This document shows, one piece after another, positions 13,276-23,700 of a stretch of DNA of 64,000 nt. The position numbers and the translations under genes were made by a program. Location: positions 1,364,001-1,428,000 of the forward strand of contig CM119372.1 in assembly GCA_051294905.1 (NCBI GenBank), read 5' to 3'. The notes below the pieces were generated by a model, which saw only the letters and a program-made list of their open reading frames with translations, searched no databases and was not told the DNA's origin. Within the stretch, counting starts at the first letter, position 1, and every line of letters begins with the position of its first letter. Source of the DNA: Botryllus schlosseri (taxonomy: Eukaryota).

Positions 13276-13503
13276 TTCTTCGATGTTATTTTTTCTTCGT
13301 TGGTCCTTTTTTCGAAACAAGTTCTTGCTCTTTTTCATTCTTTATCGGGTCGTTTTTCTGGGCTTTTTTCCGCCGTAAGGAAAACGACGGGGACGATAGA
13401 GCCCAGAATATCTAGCTCAGTGAGAATAACCTTAGAGGACGTGAATCGAACCCGGGCAGCCTGCTTGGAAGGCTCCGACGTTCGCAACTACGCCATCTCC
13501 CTG
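13276..13503 (-). mobile_element. tRNA-Gly(TCC)-derived SINE-like element or tRNA pseudogene
   Basis: Minus strand reads GGAGATGGCGTAGTTGCGAACGTCGGAGCCTTCCAAGCAGGCTGCCCGGGTTCGATTC: A box, Gly-type anticodon loop CTTCCAA and B box. The stems are broken, and an unrelated body with an A-rich tail follows. Confidence 0.65.
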
Positions 13504-13597
13504 AGTAATAAGTTTCAGAGAATAATGGATGGGAAATTATTCTCATAGTTTAGCAGCCTATTTATGAGTACTGAAACCATAGCCTTTCTTAGCAAAT

Positions 13598-14461
13598 GGG
13601 CCATTACATACACAGACAACCGATGTTCACATCACTACCTCTTCAAATTTCTTGAAATTTGGTGCACGCACAGATTAGCTAATTCCAAACAGGATGAACT
13701 TTATTTTATGAAAATTGGACTTTGGGGTCACTTTGAAAATTGACAATTTTCTGCACATTTTGGGTCTGCACTTCTCAGGTTTTATCAATGAAATATTCAG
13801 AAAGGTGTAGCTAGATGTTAGACGACAGTTGAGATAAGGCACTTGAATTTATCTGAAGCTTGTCTGATCGTCTATATTTCCAGGCGAAATTAAATACCCT
13901 GTGGGGTATTCTTATAAAATAAAGTTTATCCTATTTGGAATTAGCTCATCTGTGCGTGTACCAAATTTCAGGAGATTTGAAGAGGTAGTGATGTGAACAT
14001 CGGTTGTCTGTGTGTGTGGAATGGCAGGGATGAGCGGATTTGAAATTTCTACGTCCTAATCCAATCCAAATCCGAACCTTCAAATCCAAATCCTAATCCT
14101 AATCCATAACTTTTTCATGTTCAAGTCCATGTCCAATCCTAATCCGATTCCAACTGGAAATTCAGAAAAAAACTAATTTATACAATGGAGGGATTCGAAA
14201 ATTTTCTTTCACAGCCAACGATTCACTTGATTCAAGATAACCTAGTAACCATAAGTACATTAATAACTGATCTGAATAAAGTTTGTCGCCATTCGCCACA
14301 CGACATTTCAATCTTCCAGAAAATACTTAAATTCAATTCAAATCCTAATCCGTTCTGGAAAAAATGTATAATCCAAATCCAATCCAAATCCGACAAAATT
14401 TCACAAATCCTGTTTTTTCAAAACCTAATCCTAATCCATGCTCATCTCTGTGGAATGGCCC
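13598..14461. mobile_element. Fold-back MITE with about 110-bp inverted arms and an apparent 4-bp TSD
   Basis: GGGCCATT.CA.ACACAGACAACCGATGTTCACATCACTACCTCTTCAAAT.. is mirrored at 13914-14024 plus 14459-61, and both ends are flanked by AAAT. Confidence 0.75.
14025..14450. mobile_element. hAT-like MITE (AATCC-rich family)
   Basis: TIR CAGGGATGAG/CTCATCTCTG and perfect TSD TGGAATGG. Inserted in the right TIR of the fold-back element at 13598. Confidence 0.88.
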
Positions 14462-14502
14462 AAATGCAATGGTTATACACCAAAAATTTACCGGCGTCAA
14501 AG

Positions 14503-14543
14503 TATAAATAACTAACCTACGGTAGGTAGGTTAGTTATCTATA
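14503..14543. mobile_element. 41-bp TIR-only mini-element with a 7-bp TSD
   Basis: TATAAATAACTAACCTACGGTAGGTAGGTTAGTTATCTATA flanked by GTCAAAG on both sides; same TIR as 51111-51385. Confidence 0.7.
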
Positions 14544-14755
14544 GTCAAAGCAAGTACGATGTTGTTTGCATCTCTATTTTAGGGGCGCCCTTCGAATCAC
14601 GCTTTAGTACCGTCACGCAACAATGAATCTGAAGTGTCGCACGTGTACAGTTCAATATTTCGCAACCTGTGGCCGACGAGATTATGCAGGGGATCTGAAT
14701 GATATCGCGCTCAGTTTAGAAGTTCTGCTATATTTGAAAGAGAGAGAATAGCGCG

Positions 14756-17700
14756 ATGTCTCTTTACAATTTCAAAAAAATCACGGTCGTTCCAACTTCA
14801 CAAGTAAGCACACATTTTTCTGAAATGGATTTCGATATTTTATGATTCACGATAGTGACTGTACCAGTGCTGTACCTCTCACTTACTTGATGCTTATGGC
14901 TTTCGACCAGATAACTTCTTTGGATGATCAATGTCATAATTTTCTTGAAGACATAAAACGGTGTTTGTGGTATGATATTTCGTGCAATCAATTTTACACT
15001 GTGTCAAAGTCAATAATTTCGATTGAAATGACATATTCAAATGTGAAAGTATATATATACAGTTGTGGAATATATATTGAAATTTTTCTTTCCGAATGTT
15101 TCCAAATGTTTTGAGCTGATGATGTTTTATTAATCAGGACTTTATCGACATAACACTATCGAAGACCCAGCGAAAGACGCCGACTGTCGTCCATAAAAGT
15201 TACGCAATATCGCGGATACGAGGATTTTATCTTCGAAAAGTGCGATTCACCCAACAGAACTATCATGATCGATTAGCGATGATTTTAACGGAGTTTCCCA
15301 AGCTTGAGGTAACTTTCCAAGAATGCCTATAATACAATTTTGTTGAAAAATGTATATTGAGAAGTGATACATTTTGTCCTACGACGCCAACCGTCTCCCC
15401 TGTAAAGCTTTCATAATTACTTGTCACCCAGACTGGAATCGGTGGTTGTTTTCGACAACATGTTGTGCGTGACAGACGGAATTCTCGCGTGATTTAAAAA
15501 TTTCATCCGTGTGACGGAAATATTTTGTGCCCTGATTCTATACTGAATTACGGTATTTATTGAAACGACACAACGTGCTAAAATAGACCTGGTATACGCC
15601 GGACTAGGGTTACGCCGTATATTCGCTGTTGCACAAATGCCACTCTTGCTTGCGTTCACTGTAAAGCGCAAGCAAGCGTCTCATTTTGGATCTGAACTCT
15701 GGTATCGCTTTGTGACGTCAGCATAATTCATTAATTGGCGTGATCTGATATAAATGCTCGCGTGACACTGCGTGTGCCGTTGCCACCGATTCCACTCTGG
15801 CTTGTCACATTTAGCTTATATAATTGCACAACAAATGCGTTGGGCAATTCCACAAAATTTCCACGTAAAATCAGAGATTGTCTTCAAGTCAAGACAATAT
15901 TAACAACATATCGCCGCAGTGGAATCAAAGTAGCTTATATCCAGTTTTCAAATTTTGAAGGTTCATTTGAAAAAAACACTTTTGAAAAAATTTTTCAATT
16001 TCTTTTAGTGATGTCTTGGCCATGGTTATGTCGGTCTCAGTGTTTCAAAGTTAATCGGGGCCAATATATGGCTGAAACAAGATGAAAACTTCACGTTGAG
16101 TTAATTTTCTCAAAATGTGCGAAACAGACATAAGCTACTTTGCTTCCACTGCGTCGATATGTTCAGTTCAAATCGAAGTTCCTTCCGATAAGCATGAGAA
16201 TAGCAAACGTCTGTTCACTAAGTTTGACTCATATTGCGCTTTTGCACCATACAGTTCTTAGCATTTTCAGGAACATTTTCAGGAAAACCATAAATTCGAT
16301 TAGAAGTGAAATGAAAGCATAGGTGCATGTGCATTTAAAAAATTTGGTAGGGGATAGATTTCTAGCATTTTTCTCTAATTAGTTTATTTAAACAACTACA
16401 ATTATCTATTATTCCAAGTCTGCTTTAGAAACCCGACTCCTTTCAATGAAAATAATTTCAATATTTGAAGTGAGCAAACTGTGGCGTGAATTCTGCTGAT
16501 GTGCATAGTTTCAGTCTTGTGATTCTCTCTCTTTATAGGACGTGCATCCGTTCTATGCTGATCTGATGAATGTCCTCTACGACAAGGATCACTACAAGTT
16601 GGCGCTCGGTCAGATAAACACTGCCAAACATCTTATCGACAAGTAAGATCGCTTATTGGTGCAAAGAACTGATGTCTCTCGCTGCATTTGTGAGCACTAC
16701 ATCCATTGTCACAGTGCTGAAAAAATATCGATTTTTCTTTCAAATTTCATCGACTATCCCATGAATTGTCCCATGGTTTAAAAACATTTGGCTCATTTCC
16801 AATTATATTTAACAATTTCATGAGATAGCCAGTGAACTTTGAAATATTTTTTACACTGTCTATACTTTTACAGGTTGCGAGCCAAATTCGGTGTTCACTG
16901 CTTTTTAGACAGCCTAATAATTTTATCATCCACCCGACATTTGAGCATGCAACATTTTGGCATGTGACACTCGGCCATGCGCCTCATAACGCCTGACCCT
17001 AACCCCAAAATTAATTCTTACCCTAACCCTGGAGTTTTCCGACTACTATTCGTGAAAGACCAATCTTGAAACTAGTACTACGCCAACCAAGTGTGTGCCT
17101 ATAGGTATAGTTTGAGCACCATCTGAAAATAGTACACTAAGATTAAGCGCTCCCTTTTGTCTCGATTGTTCGAAATTTCATGCCGGCGACGTCATGCTTT
17201 GTGACATGATTGTTGACATACAACAAATGTTCTTTCCAATTCTTTACTAGCGTCAGTCGAAAATAATCTGGTTCAATACAAAACTACATTGTCGCGTATT
17301 CATAAGGTCTGTCCTTATTTTTTAATGAATTGAATGTTGACCAAGCCACCAAGTTTCATGTCTTGATCCAGGTTAATCAGGCGTTTTGCAATCGTATAAT
17401 TTCTCTCTAGTGTGGGCCGTGACTACGGTCGCTTACTGAAGTACGGAGACTCGCTCTATCGCTGCAAGCAACTGAAAAGGGCCGCGCTGGGACGCATGTG
17501 CACCATAATGAAACGACAGAAGCAGAGCCTGGAGTATTTAGAAGAAGTCCGCCAGCACATGTCGCGATTGCCGAGCATCGACCCCAACACGAGGACGCTA
17601 CTGATTAGCGGCTTTCCTAACGTCGGGAAGTCTAGTTTAATTAATAAGGTGAGGGTGATCTAATTCCAATTGAATTGCTCAAGTAATTTAGCACACGGTG

Positions 17701-20700
17701 ACGTCAAAACGGTATGAGTGATTTGGAAATTTGTTGAAATATGTACCATTTATGCGATCGCAATGAATGCAATTTGCCTGATCCGACCAATCTAGGTTTC
17801 AAGGCTGGCACAGTTTAAAATGGTATTGTAGCGTATTTACATAACATGTCTGCACGATGATGACTTAGTAAAACCGAGATATGATGAGGATCTATTTTTA
17901 CTGGATCGATAGGCCTGAGTGCAGATTCTCACAAAAATACCTCGACTTCATTAAGGCCGGGCAAAATTGAGCGCCTGATTGACTCGCTTCCGAATCGAGT
18001 GCTGTGCGCGAGCATTCGAATGCCGCTTCTTTTAATGTCATACGAGCATGAATAATGTAGGAAACTAGAATATGTACCGTTTATGCGATCGCAATGAAAA
18101 CTCTGCCAGTTCTACATTCCGGGATAAGTTTGTATTTTTTCGACCAATGGCTTCACAGCTTTTCTAAATTAGATTACATTTAGAGTTATAGCTAAACAGG
18201 TTTTAACAAATTATATTGCATTTAAAATTACGGAGTTCCCAAAAACTAGAATTGAATTCAAGTCCGAATTTGAACGGAATTCAACAACATTCGCACTCCA
18301 CAGTTCTCGTGTGGCGTTCTCAGGAGAACCAGGAATCACGGATGAATTGAAATGAGGGCATAGAGGCATTTCACAATTAACATTAAGAATCGGATTACCT
18401 GATCCCGTACATCCCCAGCAGCAATTCCTTTTCCCCTTCTCAGGTCACCAGAGCGGAAGTCGACGTTCAACCGTACGCCTTCACCACCAAGTCGTTATTC
18501 GTCGGCCACATGGATTACAAGTATCTCAGATGGCAAGTCATCGACACTCCCGGCATTCTGGACCATCCCCTGGAAGAACGTAACACCATCGAGATGTTGT
18601 CCATAACCGCGTTGGCTCATCTCCGATCGGCCGTCATCTACGTGATGGACATTTCCGAACAGTGCGGGCAGCCACTGGAAGCTCAGCTACAGTTATTTAA
18701 CAACATAAAGCCGTTGTTTGCTAATAAGGTGAGCTGTCTGTGACTAGGGCTGGCCACGATGATTCGACTGTAGTGGTTAGAGATGGTTTTTCGGGTACTG
18801 AAATTATAGGGGATAGGAGACCAAGTTGAGACACTTTTCTGCTATTTCAACTCCACTCAAAGAGTAATGCCTTCTGAGGAATAATTTTGGTACCAATGGA
18901 ATGCCTGTGTGTACTATTTATGACTATCTCTTGAGTTACATTGAATAACATACTTTGGATTTCTTGGCCCTTGAAAATCCTTGCTCAAATGTCTCAACTT
19001 ACCCCCAGGTGAGGGTAAGATAAGACACAGTGTTCCAGATGAGACACCAAACATGCGGTGCTAACATTGCACTCTACCAGCTCCAGTAATGTAATTTTGT
19101 TTTATAATATGAAGTACTATGGTCGGTATGCCCTTACAAACACAAATTCACATAATTGACACAGACTATGAAAGTATAGTTTTTAGCATTTTTCTACCCA
19201 TCCTCAAATCTGTTTGCCCTGTTAATATGGTAGGACTATAGAATGACAATATGGGAATGACATAAATGAAGGAATCTGTCCATCAGAAAATTGTTCTATG
19301 AAAAAATTGCATGTCTCATCTTGGCCTCCTCTCCACTACACGCCTTGGCAGTAAAAGTTAGTCTATGTTGCAAATTTGGTTTCGCTATGTCCTTCAATTT
19401 GAGACAACATCGTTTTTAGAGTGCAGTGCCCCTTTAACTCTTAGTGCTAAGGAGCGTATAATTTCAGTACTCGAAAAAATCACGTCTCACTACCCGACTC
19501 GAAGCATTGAGCCCAGCCCTAATCGCTACTTCATGACTCGCGATGCACGATGATGATTCATGAAATCCGAACAAAACATGAGGATTCGTTTTCATTTGGA
19601 TCGATAGGCCTGAGTGCATTTGCCACGTCGCGAGATACTGTCGTGTACGCATTGCTGTTGAACCACGCTGGAGCCGAGTTCTCTGTGTCTTTCAGCCACT
19701 TTTTGTGATGGCCAACAAGATCGATATTATTTCGAAAGAAGATTTGAACGCGGAAACGAGTAAAATTTTTCAAGATATTGAAGAGGGCGGCGTGCCCGTT
19801 TTTTGGACTAGTACAGGTAACATTTCATCGGGCTAAAGTTGTACCAATAAAAAATTCTCAGCTTCTTCCAAATTAAGATTATAAGTAGAATTATTATATT
19901 CACCAAAGTTTGAAAATAAATTCAATCCTGAATTAGGAGGAAATATACAACAAAAAGCAAGTTCAATTCACATCAAAACAGAGTTCGTTCTCATAAGCAC
20001 GAGAACGGCAGCTGTCGGTGTGCTCTTGAACTGTAGCTTTTTCTGGAACACAGCGTAGAATATCCACTGAAAGATTCGAATTTATTAATATAATATTTCT
20101 ATATATATATTTAATAGTAAGATAGTACATTTTTAATGCCTAATTCGCTGGAAATCTTTTGTGGCATTACTGTGATTTTGTTTTGATTAATTTCCTAACG
20201 TGACGTGTAATGGATTTTGCTTGGTACAGTTACCGGCGAAGGTATCATGGAGTTGCGGGAGGCGGCTTGCGACAAACTCTTGCTGCAACGCGTTGGCGCG
20301 AAAATGAGAGGAAAGAAAGTCGGTAACGTTCTGAACAGGCTGCGCGTGGCTCAACCGGCACGCAGAGACGACAAGGTGATCATTTTTTTCCAGTATTGAA
20401 TTTTTATGTGGAATCAATGTAGCTTACAGTATGTACTTTTTCAAATTTTGAGATCCACTTTTGAAACCTGAAATTTGCAAAATGGACATTAGCTACTTCT
20501 ATTCTCCCGCAACGATATTTTTTGATACGGCTGTTGGCATACAAAATCTGCGAACCTAGTTTGTGTCGACAGAACGAGTTCTTGTATAATCTAAAAAATA
20601 GTAGGCTACAGTGTCAGCCGAAAATATTTGGCTTTATTTCAAAGTAATATGTATATTATTCCATTGTATACCTTGTGGATGTCTGCACGATGATGAATTT

Positions 20701-23700
20701 GTAAATCTCAGAAATGATGAGGATTATATTTACTGGATCGATAGGCCTGAGTGCAGATTGTCACGATAATATCGAATTCATCAAATTTTGCATCGATCGT
20801 CTTCAGAACCGCTGAACCTTTTTCATTACTCAATGTCGGGGCAGGGGCGGCCAACCTGCGGCCGTAGAAGGAAATTTGTGCGACCGTGGACACGTAATTC
20901 AATCAGTATGTGTTGGCCGCCGTCGACATGCAGTTGGAATTTACGAATTGACTCTCGAATTTCTTGAGAGATTTTGACTGATCTTGAAATTTTCTTCGTG
21001 CTGCGCGCGATTCAATGTGAATTCATTTTTGGATGTTCATATATAGTAGCGGCCTTTCCAATCACCGCCCACAGTACAGATTCGAACAGCAGAGGAAAAT
21101 GAAGCGCCCCATATTAAAATATGAACTAGCAATTGTGTGCTCCTCAGTATACCGACAATCCTGATGGGAGATCAAGAAATAACGACATGCAACAAAGTGA
21201 CTAATAACAATTGGCCCACCCGAAGACGCATCATCATTTATAACTTGCCCTAAATTTTTGAAAACACCCCCCCCCCCGTCCATCAACTTCACAAGTCAAT
21301 CTGGTCACATTGACTAAGAAAGGATAAATGTTTGATAGAAATGTATAAAACACTAATATTTATGACGAAATTCATTAGTGAAACTGAAAATAACTCGCGA
21401 CTTCGGTGCTTATAGTAAGCCTACACCCGTAACAGACACTTTACATGGGTATTTGGTGTCCAGCTAGCTCATTACGACTATGTCCTGAAATGCGGCCGTG
21501 AATGTCAAAAAGGTAGTCCACTTCTGCTCAATCTACCTAATATATATAGAACAATCTTGAGGGTGTGCGTTGCGACCCGTGCCAAGTGACGATGGTTTTA
21601 GCCTAACACTTTTTTCACCCCGGTTTGCTGTATTTTAGGCCCGACCTCCGTGCATTCCGGCCAGCGTCCTGGCCCGGCGTGCCGCCGCAGCCAACGGAGA
21701 GGAATTGGACCCATTGCTTGGCGACGAGCCGGTCGCCATGGACACGGAAGGAGGGGCCAAAACGAAAAAGACGGAGCGAGATTTGGAGATCGCGATGGAG
21801 GAGGAGTATATTCTCAACTTGCAGAGTAAGAGAATGTTGCCTTAGACTAGGACAACTAAAACGCTGCTGTTCGACCTATTTTTGGAGTGGTGCGCCCTAC
21901 AAAGTTGTAGCTCTGACCGATGCACCCCCCTGTCAGGTCATAAATAGGCTGGGCAAAATCGAGGACCTGAGTGATTCGATTCTGAATCACGTAAAATGCT
22001 TTGAGTCAAGTCGAGTATCACTCATTATGATGTCACAACAGAAGGTACTATGTCAAAGTTCAAATATGCACCTTTTATGCCACCACGAAGAACCTAATGC
22101 CTGTTATCCGTCACATTAACGATACTTCGGCCAATCAAGGTTTCATGGCTTCATCAGTGGAAAATATAGTATCAAACCAATAATTCTCATTAGCAAATTA
22201 ACTTTCAGTTGCGAGGAGCGTATAATTTCAGTACTCGAAAAAATCGTATTTTACTACTCGACACGAATCATTGAAATTAATACTCGATTCACGTTCGAGC
22301 ACTCGAATCATTGTGCCCAGCCATAGTCATAAACTGAGTGCGTCAGCTTCAGTTTCATCTGGCTCCCCGATATCAGCCCGTTACAGAGACTGAATTTGGA
22401 TGGGCAAAATGTTTCGCATATGCACCCTTGACCCTTGGGTCTACCACGCACACTGGCTGAGCAGCAATGAATTTTTAATTTTAGTAGCGAAATGCCAGTA
22501 GTCTTCGACAAAATTTTCAGGTCCTCCAATTTTGATTAGAATTAGAGTAACAGTTGCACGTTTTTTCCAAATAAGGTCAATCCAAATGTAGAGTAACAAA
22601 TACAACAAAAGTTAACTTTAAGCTTTTCTGGTTTCATGAACTAATTAGTCAAAAATGTTGAACATTGCGGCTCGACTGTTCTATTGAAATTTTATTCTAT
22701 TTCTTTTGTTGTTACGGAAGTTTTTTGTGGCCCCCATGAAAAAGCCTCAGCCATGCCCCACAGGTTGGGAACCCCTGCGCTGCACAGTTCTGTAGCCTTG
22801 TCAGGATAAGCAAACATTGGATTAAAATTCAAACCAAGAGCATAAAACATTCCGCAAATTTGATTAGAATTAGATTACCCACATTTCGCTTCAACTAGTG
22901 CAATTAGACAGCTAGAATTATCGAATTCGAGTCGAATTTGTCGGGAATTTTATTTTGTATTTTTTTCTGCCGCCTGCAGAATGGTGGGATCTCAAGAATC
23001 CGGAAGAGAAGGAAGACGTGCTGCCAGAGATTTGGGAGGGTCACAATATCGCGGACTTCATCGATCCCGAGATCATGCACAAGTTGAAGGCCTTGGAGAA
23101 GGAAGAAGAGGAGAGAGAAGAAGCCGGACTTTACGATAACGACGAGGTGGGCTACTTTGCTCGCTTTGACGCTATTTCGCTATTCCAAAGAATAACATAG
23201 CGATCAAAATCAAACCATTTTCGGCGGACACATTCAGGGTAATCATTAGCATTGCAGAAAGCGGGTTTGAAACCGGCACGCCCCCTTTATGATAGTGAAA
23301 AATTTCACCCCAGCCTGCCGTGATATCACAAGATACCGAAGGGAGCAATCAGAATGTTTGCAATCCCAACGGATAGTTTGATGGCATTGGGTGTTATGGC
23401 CGTAGACGAGAGAATTCTCAAAAAAAAATGTCAGTTCACTGTGGCTTAGCGCTCCCCCCCCCCCCCTTCAGACGCTTCCACGCCCCCAGTTTGAGAACCA
23501 CCGACTTGAAAAGCCTACATGTTATGCCTCTAAATCTGTAAAAAGATAGAAAACGCCATATGAGTGTCAAAGTACATGAAGTAACTTTGTTACGACGTGA
23601 AATTTTGTCGCAGCTCGTCACGAGACTTAGGTAAATCCAATCCTAATCCCTCAAATTTCCAAAATACGGTTTTCTCAAATCCTGACCCGTGCTCATCTCT

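Noticed and set aside
13432..13503. Functional tRNA-Gly gene
   Set aside because: Acceptor, anticodon and T stems are mismatched and there is no oligo-T terminator; treated as a SINE head or pseudogene.
14185..14511. Similar ORFs at 14185 (+) and 31896 (-) as a duplicated gene
   Set aside because: Both are translations of the same MITE family.
15703..15812. H/ACA snoRNA in GTPBP4 intron 2
   Set aside because: Hairpins and ACATTT are present, but H-box spacing is wrong and the stems are weak.
21625..22119. 164-aa ORF as an independent gene
   Set aside because: It is an alternative frame of GTPBP4 exon 8 running into intron and MITE sequence.
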